Notes: generated from the sequence alone by a model not told the origin. Positions 1 through 11,718 are shown, counted from the first letter of the stretch. The stretch is DNA of 30,107 nt from Acidimicrobiia bacterium (GCA_013695075.1 JACDBE010000061.1:1-30107); one strand, 5' to 3'. Numbers and translations: made by a program.

Positions 1-169
1 GGGCCTCGCTCCCTGCTCCCCAATCGCCGATGACGAGCAGCCGAGGACCCTCGGCGGCGGGCAGCTCGGCGGGATCGGGAAGGCCTGCCTCACCGGCGCA
101 GACAGCAGTGAGCACGACCACGGCGACTAGGACTACGAGCTGTCGGCGTCGGGGGGTGGGCACCGCCAT
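1..169 (-). CDS. Secreted metallophosphoesterase (calcineurin-like/purple acid phosphatase type), N-terminal part only; runs off the window edge
   Basis: Not in the ORF track; translated by hand from ATG at 169: MAVPTPRRRQLVVLVAVVVLTAVCAGEAGLPDPAELPAAEGPRLLVIGDWGAGSEA. Basic and hydrophobic signal peptide, then LLVIGDWG resembling motif I (DxG) of metallophosphoesterases. Confidence 0.65.
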   Translation of the reverse strand, partial: MAVPTPRRRQLVVLVAVVVLTAVCAGEAGLPDPAELPAAEGPRLLVIGDWGAGSEA

Positions 170-216
170 GAGCCAACGATCAGTGAGTCATCCCGGACGG
201 TCGGGTGGTCCGGCAG

Positions 217-525
217 CTATTGGGCGGTCGATTCGGTCATCGCACGCAGGTCTTCGAGGGGGTACACCCCCGTGCCGTGACCGTCGGGACCGAACACGAA
301 GCGCAGCGCGTAGCCGCCCACCAGGGCGGTTTCCGTGATGGTGATCGGATCGTCGCCGGCGAGTAACGCCTGCAACGCCGCTTGACCCACCGGCTCCCGG
401 CATCCGGCGCACATGCACGCCACCCGCAGCTGGCGAGCCGGGTAGCTGGTCTCGGTGCCGTCGTCCCAGGTGATGTCCACCCGGGTCCCTTCGTTGACTT
501 CGATCCGTTGGGGGAAGGTCGACAT
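217..525 (-). CDS. DUF971 family protein (gamma-butyrobetaine hydroxylase N-terminal-like, Cys-motif metal binding)
   Basis: 102 aa with WDDG, LRVACMCAGC (CxCxxC) and VGGYALRFVFGPDGHGTGVY, matching the DUF971 pattern. Confidence 0.85.
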   Translation of the reverse strand: MSTFPQRIEVNEGTRVDITWDDGTETSYPARQLRVACMCAGCREPVGQAALQALLAGDDPITITETALVGGYALRFVFGPDGHGTGVYPLEDLRAMTESTAQ

Positions 526-633
526 GAACCAGACCTTACCCGGTCCCTCAGGCGATGGCGGCTACCACCCCGGCCGGCCGAGCACGGCTGAGGTGTCCAC
601 GACGATCACCAGCGATCACGCCGCGCGGTGGAA

Positions 634-1053
634 CTACTTGAGCTCCATGAGCCCCCCGCCAGCCGGGCTGAACCCGCAGGCGTCGATGTAGAACGAGCGC
701 AGATCCTCATCGAAGCCGACATGGAGGAATTCACAGCCAGCGGCCGCGGCACCATCACGAGCCGCGTGGACGAGTCCCACGCCGATGCCGCGATGTCGCA
801 CGGCGGTGTCGACCATGACGTCCTCGATGAATGCGTGGACCAAGCCGTCCCACAGCACGTTGACGAAGCCGACGAACCTGCCCTCGTGTCGTGCGACGAC
901 CCATCCGAGGCTATGTTCGTCGCACTGCTCAACCCAGTTCCATTCGGCCTCGTCATAGAGGCGGGTTTTGAAAGCGACAGCGTGGAGCGCGTGAATCTCG
1001 ATGTTCGAGAACGCGCCGCGCCACAGGTAATCGATGTTGTTGCCGAGAGGCAT
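634..1053 (-). CDS. GNAT family N-acetyltransferase
   Basis: Motif A VMVDTAVRHRGIGVGLV and FYIDACGF tail; AGGAG SD upstream of the ATG at 1053 favours it over the track start at 1059. Confidence 0.85.
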   Translation of the reverse strand: MPLGNNIDYLWRGAFSNIEIHALHAVAFKTRLYDEAEWNWVEQCDEHSLGWVVARHEGRFVGFVNVLWDGLVHAFIEDVMVDTAVRHRGIGVGLVHAARDGAAAAGCEFLHVGFDEDLRSFYIDACGFSPAGGGLMELK

Positions 1054-1279
1054 GAGCACTCCTGACTGCGAAGAATGGAGTGCCGACGCTGCGCAGGCTC
1101 GACTTCAGTCAGGGATGTCGTCGCGCAACGAGGACACGGTGTCAACGGGCTGGGTGTCCATCCGTGACCTCCTCTGGGTGCAGCCGTTCACCGAACCCTA
1201 ACTGTGCACCGCCGCACCTCGCCGCCTTCACGCATCGTCGACCAGGAGGGGCCAACCGACGCGACACCCAATTGTCGGT

Positions 1280-1345
1280 CCAACTGGGTTGCGCGCCGTC
1301 GATATCGGTGTAGCCGTACTCGCGGGCTCGTTGTGCCGGGGACCG
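1280..1345 (-). pseudogene. Possible C-terminal remnant of a DHRS1-like short-chain dehydrogenase
   Basis: Reads RAREYGYTDIDGAQPSW, resembling the AxEYGFTDxDGxQP tail I recall for DHRS1-like SDRs; no Rossmann fold upstream. Confidence 0.4.
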
Positions 1346-1387
1346 ACCGCTGGTTCCATCGCGCTCAGACAAAGGGCCTTGGCTCGC

Positions 1388-1715
1388 TCAGGCGATGGCG
1401 GCCACCACCCGGCGGCGGTGAACAGATCAACGAAGCCGGACTCGCCATCGGTGCCGTACGTCGGCGCCCAGTCAGAGTCCTGCCGCAGGTAGGACTGGCG
1501 GTCGCCTTGGATCAGTCCACCGGCAATGCCAACGGACGATGCGTTGCGCCTCGGCGAAGACTTCGTCTGTGGGGAAGCCTGCACCGAGTTCGGTCCTGAC
1601 GTCCTCGATCGGCGGCGAACGGCGGCAGGGTGGGGAACAGGCGGCCGAATCGGCCCTCGTCGTAGAAGGTAGATCTGGGGGTGTGCTTACCGAGATCGGC
1701 GGACCCATGGGCCAT
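1388..1715 (-). pseudogene. Collapsed remnant of an animal-type (peroxidase-cyclooxygenase superfamily) heme peroxidase gene
   Basis: AGGAG SD and ATG at 1715, then three family-like segments in three frames: GRFGRLFPTLPPF, TDEVFAEAQRIVRWH, GLIQGDRQSYLRQDSDWAPTYG; probable original stop at 1388-1390. Confidence 0.7.
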
Positions 1716-1826
1716 GGAGTGCTCCTGTCTGCGCTTCGCAACACGACCGCCGGCGAGCCCATCTGATACGCCCTCAGCCGCCGGCCAGGCCCGGCCGCCA
1801 AGCCCCCTGCGGGCTAATGTCCCGCG

Positions 1827-3047
<1,221 letters not shown>

Positions 3048-3060
3048 TCGCCCCGCCATG

Positions 3061-3579
3061 TCACTGACCGCCTCGCTTGACCCCCCCGTACTTCATGCGG
3101 GTGTCCTCGATCCTGGCGACCAGCCCAACCGCCTCGTCGTCGGCGATGCCGGCATCCACCACCTCGCCGAGGAACAGGTCGTGGGTGCCGCATGCGACCT
3201 TCTGCCACACCGTGCACTCCAGCCACGCCGCCGCCTCGGTGAACACCGGGGCGCCGGTAGACCCCTCCCGGATGGGGCGACCATTGAGCGTCATCCCCTC
3301 CTTGGTGGCCGGCTTGGAGAACTTGACGAAGGGGCGGGTGTCCTCCCGAGGCCATAGGTTGACGGTGAACACCCCACTATCGGTGATCAGCCGGTTGGTC
3401 ACCGCGGTGACGTCGACGGAGGCGGCCACCAGCACCGGCTCCATCGCCACCTGGGTCACCCAGCTCTGCGTCATCCCGTTCCATTCGTCGCCGTGACGAG
3501 ACCCGATCAGGCACAGCACGTTGGGGATGGCCCACAGCACCTTGTTCAGCGTCTCGGCGGGCACGGCATCGCTCACCAT
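3061..3579 (-). CDS. Flavin reductase-like FMN-binding protein
   Basis: NGMTQSWVTQV, GAPVFTEAAAWLEC and GTHDLFLGEVVDA motifs; GAGGAGG SD just upstream of ATG 3579/GTG 3576. The track start at 3726 is over-extended. Confidence 0.85.
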   Translation of the reverse strand: MVSDAVPAETLNKVLWAIPNVLCLIGSRHGDEWNGMTQSWVTQVAMEPVLVAASVDVTAVTNRLITDSGVFTVNLWPREDTRPFVKFSKPATKEGMTLNGRPIREGSTGAPVFTEAAAWLECTVWQKVACGTHDLFLGEVVDAGIADDEAVGLVARIEDTRMKYGGVKRGGQ

Positions 3580-3592
3580 CACCTCCTCGTGG

Positions 3593-3628
3593 AGGGGCGA
3601 GCCTACCGGCCCTTCGGTGCTCGCCCCT
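3593..3628. promoter_or_regulatory. Perfect 10-bp stem-loop just upstream of the flavin reductase SD
   Basis: AGGGGCGAGC (3593-3602) pairs with GCTCGCCCCT (3619-3628); inner ACCG/CGGT can also pair. Confidence 0.45.
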
Positions 3629-3728
3629 GGGTGTTGTCGCTCGATCCCTGGCGACCCAGTCAGCCTGTCAGGCGGCAGGCCCGAGCAGGCAGAACGTTGG
3701 CGTAGGGCGAGATCAATACAGTGCAAGG

Positions 3729-4203
3729 GTGACCGATCAGCTACGGGTCCTCCGTGATGGCTCCGGTGAAGCTGCCGACGTCTACCTGGGGTTCCTCGAC
3801 GCCATCAATCACCAGGACCTCGAAGCCGCCGAACGGTTCGTCGACGTCGGTCGCTACCGCGAGTGTCGGCTTCCGGGTGGGTTCGTGCCCTGGACCGGGG
3901 CCAAGGCATCGCTGCAAGAGATCTGGCAGGGGCTTCCTGACCTGCGAGTGGAACTCCGATGAAGTCGCCGGCAACCGTGACGTCGCCTTGGTTCGCGGAA
4001 CCGTGTTCGGCACCGCCACCGGTCCTCTGTATGGAGCGCCGGCAACCAGGCGTTCTCGGGCGAGCTTCTTCGACTATGTGCGGTTGGCGGAGGGGCTGAT
4101 CGTCGAACGGGTTCAGCAGGCCGACGTCCTGGGCCGGATGCGCCAGCCCTACGGCAGGGCGCTGGGCACCATCGGCCTCGGCGGACTCCTCTGGCTTCTC
4201 TGA
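3729..4203 (+). pseudogene. SnoaL-like ester cyclase family gene, frameshifted near 3956-3957
   Basis: First half (3729-3962: FLDAINHQDLEAAERFV...GLPDLRVEL) and second half (EVAGNRDVALVRGTV...FFDYVRLAEGLIVERVQQAD) lie in different frames; removing one C from CTC-C-GAT joins them. Confidence 0.75.
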
Positions 4204-4254
4204 CGGGACGAACCGGCCGTCACTTCGAGCAGCGGCTTCGCGTACCATCACGCC

Positions 4255-4749
4255 ATGCATGTGCTCATCGCAACGTCGGGTGTGCTCGGCGCCGACCAGG
4301 TGGTGGAGTTCACCCGAAGGCTCATCGGCGGTGACGGCAAGGTGACCGTCACCACGGTGATCGAGGTGCCCCGCAGCTTCCTCGACCAGCTGGGTGCCGA
4401 CGACTGGAACGCCGCGGGGAGCGACGCCCGGCCCTCCCCGACTCAGGAGTCGGTGGTGGAGCGCTACGTCGAGGAGCGAGGGCGGCGCATGTGCGAGCCG
4501 CTGCTCAACGCCCTGGAGGGCGAGGGGATCCCGGCGGCGTCGGTGTATCTGGAGGGCGAGGACCCGGCGGCGACCATCTCCGGGCTGGCCACCAAGCTGG
4601 AGGCCGATGTCGTCTTGCTCGGTGCCACCCGACCCATCTTTCACCAGTCGGCCTGGGAGAGCGTGTCCGCCCGGGTGACCCTGGAGTGCGCCCGACCGGT
4701 GCTGGTGTTGCCCCCTCCGGTCAGGGTGGAGGCTCCCGAAGAGGACTGA
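4255..4749 (+). CDS. Universal stress protein (USP) domain protein
   Basis: HVLIATSG N-terminus, ADVVLLGAT and SVSARVTLECARPVLVLP C-terminal USP motif; TACCAT 6 nt before ATG. Confidence 0.85.
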   Translation: MHVLIATSGVLGADQVVEFTRRLIGGDGKVTVTTVIEVPRSFLDQLGADDWNAAGSDARPSPTQESVVERYVEERGRRMCEPLLNALEGEGIPAASVYLEGEDPAATISGLATKLEADVVLLGATRPIFHQSAWESVSARVTLECARPVLVLPPPVRVEAPEED

Positions 4750-5263
4750 GGGCGTCGAGGCCCGCCCGCAACATGGCCACGGTGTGGGGGATGAAGGCCC
4801 TCGGGTCGGTGTCGAGCAGCGCCACCACCTCGTCGACTGGCCACCATCGGGGATCGCTGGTCTCTTCGGGAACTGGGCGGGGCTCGCCCTCCCCGTAGCA
4901 CTCGAACAGCACGTGTAGCGACGGGTAGGCGCCGACGATGCCGGTTACCACCGCCAGCGGGAGGGCGGTGGCGGTGGCGCCGTCTCCGGGGTGGCGGCGG
5001 ACGGTGACGGCGGCAGCCACCGCGGTGAGCACGATGCCGGTCTCCTCGAGGATCTCCCTGGCGATGGCCACGTCGGGCCGCTCCCCCGCCTCCCAGCGGC
5101 CCCCCGGAAGCTCCAGCCGGCCCCGCACCGGCTCACCCGGCTTGTCGCGCCGCTGCAGCAGTACGCGGCGACGGTCGATGGAGTCGTAGACGATCGCCGA
5201 CACGATGGGCAAAACCAGAGCGGGGGCGACGGGGATCGGGTGCGGCGGCCGGTCTCCGGTCAC
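4721..5263 (-). CDS. NUDIX hydrolase
   Basis: Complete Nudix box GGRWEAGERPDVAIAREILEETGI; GTG at 5263 overlaps the upstream stop (GTGA). Confidence 0.85.
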   Translation of the reverse strand: MTGDRPPHPIPVAPALVLPIVSAIVYDSIDRRRVLLQRRDKPGEPVRGRLELPGGRWEAGERPDVAIAREILEETGIVLTAVAAAVTVRRHPGDGATATALPLAVVTGIVGAYPSLHVLFECYGEGEPRPVPEETSDPRWWPVDEVVALLDTDPRAFIPHTVAMLRAGLDALSPLREPPP

Positions 5264-5889
5264 GAGACGGCGGCGACGACCAGCGGTTGGGGGCAGGTCA
5301 GCTCGGTGGTGACGCCCGCCGCCGTCGCCGCCTCGCTCAGGTTGGCGCACGCAATGGAGAACCGCTGCGCCGCGGTGGCATACGGCGAGCCGTCGAGCGC
5401 TTCCGCCAACTGGTCGATCGAATCGAGGTTGCGCACCGTCTCGGTGGCGGCGGGCACTTCGCTGATCAGCCCGGCACCGGCGGTGAGCAGGTCGTCGTGG
5501 GCGATGGCCAGACCGGCGGTGGGCTGCAGACCGCTCAGCCGTTCGATCAGGTCCCGCATCTCCGCTCCGGTTTCGGAGAACAGGTCGGCGGTCCTCACGA
5601 TGGCCAGCTCACCTGCCTGATCGAAGAACTCGTCGACGGCTTCCAGGTCGCCGAAGTCGGTGGCGCCGTGCAGCTCGTCGAGTTCACCGGCGAGATCCGA
5701 GCCGTACTGCTCTTGCTGGGTGGTGATCGCCTCGGAGAACTCGGACATCTCGCCGGCCAGGTCGTCGAAGTACCCCGAGGCGGTGGGTGGTGCGCTGTCA
5801 CAGGCCCCCAGTACCCAAGCGGCGACCAGCAGCCAGCCGACGAATGTTCGGAGGCTCCGCCACCGTGTCCGATCGGGCGAGGTGATCAC
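5260..5889 (-). CDS. Hypothetical helical lipoprotein
   Basis: Hydrophobic signal followed by the VLGAC lipobox; acidic helical body; TAGCCT 7 nt before GTG. Confidence 0.7.
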   Translation of the reverse strand: MITSPDRTRWRSLRTFVGWLLVAAWVLGACDSAPPTASGYFDDLAGEMSEFSEAITTQQEQYGSDLAGELDELHGATDFGDLEAVDEFFDQAGELAIVRTADLFSETGAEMRDLIERLSGLQPTAGLAIAHDDLLTAGAGLISEVPAATETVRNLDSIDQLAEALDGSPYATAAQRFSIACANLSEAATAAGVTTELTCPQPLVVAAVS

Positions 5890-5913
5890 GGCCGACAGGC
5901 TAACCGCCCGTCC

Positions 5914-7800
5914 TCAGGTCGCCCTGGCGAACTGGGTGCGGTATAGCGAGGCATACAGACCCGACTCAGCGAGCAGCTCGGCGTGGCCCCCCGACTCCAC
6001 CACGGTGCCCGCCTCCATCACCAGGATGCGGTCGGCCGACAGGATGGTGGAAAGGCGATGGGCGATAACCAGCGAGGTCCGTCCCTTCATCACCCGCTCC
6101 AGGGCGTCCTGGATCAGCGCCTCGCTGTGGGCGTCGAGGTGGGAGGTGGCCTCGTCCAGGATGAGAATCTGCGGGTTGCGCAGGATGACCCGGGCAATGG
6201 CGATGCGCTGCTTCTCGCCACCGGAGAGCCGGTAGCCCCGCTCCCCGACCGCGGTGGCGTACCCCTCCGGGAGGCTTTCGATGAGGGTGGCGATGTTGGC
6301 CAGCTCGGCGGCCGTTCTCAGCTCGGCGTCGGTGGCATCCGGTTTGGCGTAGCGCAGGTTGACCGCAATGGTGTCGTGGAAGAGGTAGGCCTCCTGGGTG
6401 ACCACCCCGATGGCGTCCGCCAGGTGACTTCGGTCGAGGTTGCGCACGTCGTGGCCGTCGATACGCACCGCCCCCCGATCCACGTCGTAGAGGCGGGGCA
6501 CCAGGTAGGTGGTGGTGGTCTTGCCGGCGCCGCTGGGCCCGACCAACGCCACCAACTCCCCGGGCTCGACGCGGAAGCTGACGTCCTGCAATGCCCACGC
6601 TTCGGCTCCCCGGTCCGACGGGATCGACTCCGCCAGCTGGAAAGCCGACCGGCTGGAGGTACGCCGCACCGTCTCCAGTCCCCCGGTGCCGCCATAGCGG
6701 AACCAGACGCCGTCGAACTCGATGGCCCCCTCGAATCGCACCGGGCGCACCGGGGTGTCGATGTCGACGATGTCGTGCTCCATGTCGAGCACCTGGAACA
6801 CCCGCTCGAACGACACCAACGAGGTGGCGAACTCCACCCTGGCGTTGGACAGAGCGGTGAGCGGGCCGTACAGGTTCCCCAGATACGCCGATAGCGCCAC
6901 GATGGTCCCCACCGACACGGCGCCCTCGATGACCAGCACGGCTCCGGTCCAGAACACCAGCGCCGACCCCAGCGCCCCCATGACCCCGAGAGCCATGAAG
7001 AACCAACGCCCGATGGTGGCCTGGCGCACCCCCAGGTCCCGCACCGCCCCCGCCTCGCCCGAGAACCGCTGCTCCTCGTCGTGGCTGCGTCCGAACAGCT
7101 TCACCAGCAGCGCTCCCGACACCCCCAGGGTCTCCTGCATGTGGGCGTTCATGGTGGCGTTGTGCTCCAGCTGGTCCCGGCGCACCACCCGCAGCAGCCG
7201 GCCCACCCGGCGGGAGGCGACGATGAACAGCGGGAAGATCGCCATGGCCAGCAGGGTGAGCCGCCACTCCAGGCCGAGCATCACCACCAGGGTGGTCACG
7301 ACCGCCACGATGTTGGCCGCCAGGGTGATGAAGGTGCCGGTGACCGCCTGCTGGGCGCCGACCACGTCGTTGTTGAGCCGGGACATGAGCTCACCGGTTC
7401 GGGTCGAGGTGAAGAAGCCGAGCGACATGCCGAGCACGTGGCGATAGAGCTGGTTGCGCAGATCGAAGATGATGCCCTCGCCCACCGCCGATGACGCCCA
7501 TCGCTGTAGAACGCCGAGGACACCGCTGACCAGCGGGATGGCCACCATGGCGATGCCGAGGAAGGTGACCAGCCGCAGATCGCGGTCGGGGATGGCGTCG
7601 TCGATCAGCGACCGCATGATCAGCGGCGGGGCCAGCGCCAGCACCGAGATCGCCAGGATGGTGGCGAGGATGATGGCCATCTTGGCCTTGTAGGGGGCGC
7701 CGTAGCGCAGCACCCGGCTCAGCAGGGCTCGGTCCAACTTGGGTTGGTCACCGGTCTCGTCGAACCGGACGTACGACCATCCCCATCCACCTGAGAACAC
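5914..7800 (-). CDS. Fused ABC exporter (TMD+NBD, MdlB/MsbA-like)
   Basis: Six-TM region with TGELMSR; Walker A GPSGAGKT, Q-loop VTQE, signature LSGGEKQR, Walker B ILILDEATS, H-loop IAHRLST. Confidence 0.95.
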   Translation of the reverse strand: MFSGGWGWSYVRFDETGDQPKLDRALLSRVLRYGAPYKAKMAIILATILAISVLALAPPLIMRSLIDDAIPDRDLRLVTFLGIAMVAIPLVSGVLGVLQRWASSAVGEGIIFDLRNQLYRHVLGMSLGFFTSTRTGELMSRLNNDVVGAQQAVTGTFITLAANIVAVVTTLVVMLGLEWRLTLLAMAIFPLFIVASRRVGRLLRVVRRDQLEHNATMNAHMQETLGVSGALLVKLFGRSHDEEQRFSGEAGAVRDLGVRQATIGRWFFMALGVMGALGSALVFWTGAVLVIEGAVSVGTIVALSAYLGNLYGPLTALSNARVEFATSLVSFERVFQVLDMEHDIVDIDTPVRPVRFEGAIEFDGVWFRYGGTGGLETVRRTSSRSAFQLAESIPSDRGAEAWALQDVSFRVEPGELVALVGPSGAGKTTTTYLVPRLYDVDRGAVRIDGHDVRNLDRSHLADAIGVVTQEAYLFHDTIAVNLRYAKPDATDAELRTAAELANIATLIESLPEGYATAVGERGYRLSGGEKQRIAIARVILRNPQILILDEATSHLDAHSEALIQDALERVMKGRTSLVIAHRLSTILSADRILVMEAGTVVESGGHAELLAESGLYASLYRTQFARAT

Positions 7801-7879
7801 GCAACCACCTCGTCGGCTGGCCGGTCACGGTACTACCCACCCCGGCGGGCTCCCGGCGGGTGCCACCGGCCGGCTGCGG

Positions 7880-8584
7880 TCACCCGGCGGCGACGGCGGA
7901 GGTCACCATTGCTTCCAGCGGCCGGAACGACCCGGCGATGCGGTGGCACTGTCTCTCGGTGAGGAGCTGGGCGCAGAACAGCTCGTACTGGTACAGGCCG
8001 TCGCTCCAGATGAGGTTGACGCCGTCGTCGACCTCAACCACCGCCCTGTCGGTATCGGCGGCGATGCTCACATCCTGACCGATGCGCAGGACCACCAGAC
8101 GATCCTCGGCCACCTCGTACGGGGTCCCGGCCCACACCCCGAAGGCGGCGGACACCCCGACGTCGAGGGTGGCCGACGCGGTGTCGTACACCAGTTGGCT
8201 GGTGATCGACGTCGAGTTCCCGGGGAGCCTCGACAGGAACTGGACACCGGGGAGGGCCACCGAGATCTCGCGGGCGGTGGCCTGGATGAACCGGTTCTCG
8301 CCGTCGCCGCGCCGCCACACCGCCGAGATCACCACCGCCACCTCGTTGGAGTTGGAGCCACCGATGCCGTCGTTGTACCAGGCAACGCCCTCGCCGATGC
8401 TCTTGAGGCCGACTCCACCGGTGGATGCCACCGGAGCGGTGGTCGGCGGCGCGATGGTGGTGGTGCCCTCGACGTATTCGTGGGACCGCTCCCCCAAGGT
8501 GTCGAGCAGCCCGCCGCCGCCGCCGCAGCCGGCCAGCGTCAACACCACGACGATCACCGGAGCGAACCTTCGCCGCAACGCCAT
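7880..8584 (-). CDS. Hypothetical secreted lipoprotein
   Basis: MALRRRFAPVIVVVLTLAGC signal and lipobox, Thr/Pro-rich linker, beta-rich body with two C-terminal Cys. Start uncertain (an in-frame ATG at 8662 follows TAGGCT). Confidence 0.65.
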   Translation of the reverse strand: MALRRRFAPVIVVVLTLAGCGGGGGLLDTLGERSHEYVEGTTTIAPPTTAPVASTGGVGLKSIGEGVAWYNDGIGGSNSNEVAVVISAVWRRGDGENRFIQATAREISVALPGVQFLSRLPGNSTSITSQLVYDTASATLDVGVSAAFGVWAGTPYEVAEDRLVVLRIGQDVSIAADTDRAVVEVDDGVNLIWSDGLYQYELFCAQLLTERQCHRIAGSFRPLEAMVTSAVAAG

Positions 8585-8741
8585 CAACACCTTCTCCGAG
8601 GCCATCCAACCCGACCGGTGCACCAAGCCGCCCACCACACGGGGTCCCACCCGCGCCTCCATCACAAAGCCTACCGGTGCCCTCCCTTTAGCAGGCTCAC
8701 CCACCACGGGTGTGCCCAACGGTGGCCGGTACGCTGCGGCG

Positions 8742-10531
<1,790 letters not shown>

Positions 10532-10563
10532 CCGGGCGGTCCGGAGGTCGGTAGCCTCGGTCG

Positions 10564-11673
10564 GTGCAACGCATCGACGTGATCAACGGCCCCAACCTCA
10601 ACATGCTGGGCCGACGGGAACCCGACATCTACGGCACCGACACCTTGGAGCAGGTCGACGCCAGAGTGGTGGCGTGGGGGCAGCGGCTCGGGCTGGAGGT
10701 GACCACCTTCCAGTCCAACCGCGAGGGTGACCTCATCGACCGGATCCAGGCGTGCCGGACCTCCGCCGATGGGATCGTGATCAATGCCGGCGCTCTCACC
10801 CACACCTCGTACGCCATCCACGACGCCCTGCTCGCCGCCGAGGTACCCGCCGTCGAGGTGCACCTGTCCAACATCCACGCCCGGGAACCGTGGCGAGCCG
10901 TTTCCGTGCTGGCCCCGGTGGTGGCGGGGTCCATCTTCGGCCGGGGCGTCGTCGGCTACCGCGACGCTCTGCGCCTGCTGGTGAACCGGGCGGCGGCGAT
11001 GCCACACACGATTGCCTACGGTGACCATCCCGAACAGGTGATGGATGTGCGCGCCCCCGACGACCCCGGTCCGCACCCGGTGGCGGTACTCGTCCACGGT
11101 GGCTTCTGGCGTCGGGAGTGGGGGCGGGACACCAGCGACACCCTGGCCGTCGACCTCACAGCCCGGGGATGGGTCACCGCCAACGTCGAGTACCGCCGGT
11201 TGGGATGTGACGGGGGATGGCCGGCCAGTGTCGACGACGTGGCCACCGCCATTGCCCACATCGTGTCGCACCGAGAGGTGTCGTCGGTCACCGTTTTCGG
11301 GCACTCCTCCGGCGGGCAGCTGGCGTTGGTAGCCGGGCGGGCAACAGCGGTGGAGACCGTGGTCGCCCTGGCCCCCATCACCGATCTGGCCTGGGCCATC
11401 GAGCTGGGTACCGGGGCACCCAGCCCGGCGCAGTTCGCCGGCGGGCACGATCCCACCGGGCCGATGTCTCCCGTCGCCGAGCCGGCACGAGGACGCCAGA
11501 TCCTCGTCCACGGCACCGCAGACACCGAAGTACCCGTCGAGTTCAGCACCCGCTACGTGCAAGCGGCCGAGGCCGCCGGGATCACCGTCAACGCCATCTA
11601 CCCCGAAACCGGCCACTTCGAGTTGCTAGACCCGAAAACCCCCGTCTGGGAACAAGTCGTCACCTCCCTGTAG
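10564..11673 (+). CDS. aroQ: Type II 3-dehydroquinate dehydratase fused to a C-terminal alpha/beta-hydrolase (HGG, GHSxGG)
   Basis: Residues 1-~140: NGPNLNMLGRREPDIYG, QSNREG, INAGALTHTS, EVHLSNIHAREPWR. Residues ~146-369: VHGGFW, VEYRR, GHSSGG, HGTADTEV, GHFEL. One uninterrupted frame. Confidence 0.92.
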   Translation: MQRIDVINGPNLNMLGRREPDIYGTDTLEQVDARVVAWGQRLGLEVTTFQSNREGDLIDRIQACRTSADGIVINAGALTHTSYAIHDALLAAEVPAVEVHLSNIHAREPWRAVSVLAPVVAGSIFGRGVVGYRDALRLLVNRAAAMPHTIAYGDHPEQVMDVRAPDDPGPHPVAVLVHGGFWRREWGRDTSDTLAVDLTARGWVTANVEYRRLGCDGGWPASVDDVATAIAHIVSHREVSSVTVFGHSSGGQLALVAGRATAVETVVALAPITDLAWAIELGTGAPSPAQFAGGHDPTGPMSPVAEPARGRQILVHGTADTEVPVEFSTRYVQAAEAAGITVNAIYPETGHFELLDPKTPVWEQVVTSL

Positions 11674-11680
11674 CCCTCGT

Positions 11681-11715
11681 CCGACTCCCCTCCGGAAAGG
11701 AAAGGGTCGAGTCGG
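11681..11715. terminator. Hairpin between convergent aroQ-fusion and aminotransferase genes
   Basis: CCGACTC (11681-11687) pairs with GAGTCGG (11709-11715), with partial inner pairing; no clear U-tract. Confidence 0.45.
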
Positions 11716-11718
11716 GTG

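Noticed and set aside
1023-1039. ACAGGTAATC followed by GATGTTG, resembling the core of the 51-bp element
   Set aside because: Only a 10-nt exact match, inside the GNAT coding sequence, lacking the palindromic left end; likely chance.
4721-4749. 29-bp convergent overlap of the USP and NUDIX genes
   Set aside because: Short 3' overlaps are common in GC-rich genomes; both tails are low complexity.
6600-6690. Extra segment between TMD and Walker A in the ABC exporter
   Set aside because: In frame, and similar linkers occur in actinobacterial exporters of this type as I recall; no sign of a separate element.
8082-8741. 220-aa N-terminal extension of the LipL-like ORF in the track
   Set aside because: It is the antisense of the lipoprotein gene; the domain and a TACGCT-6 nt-ATG start begin at 8742.
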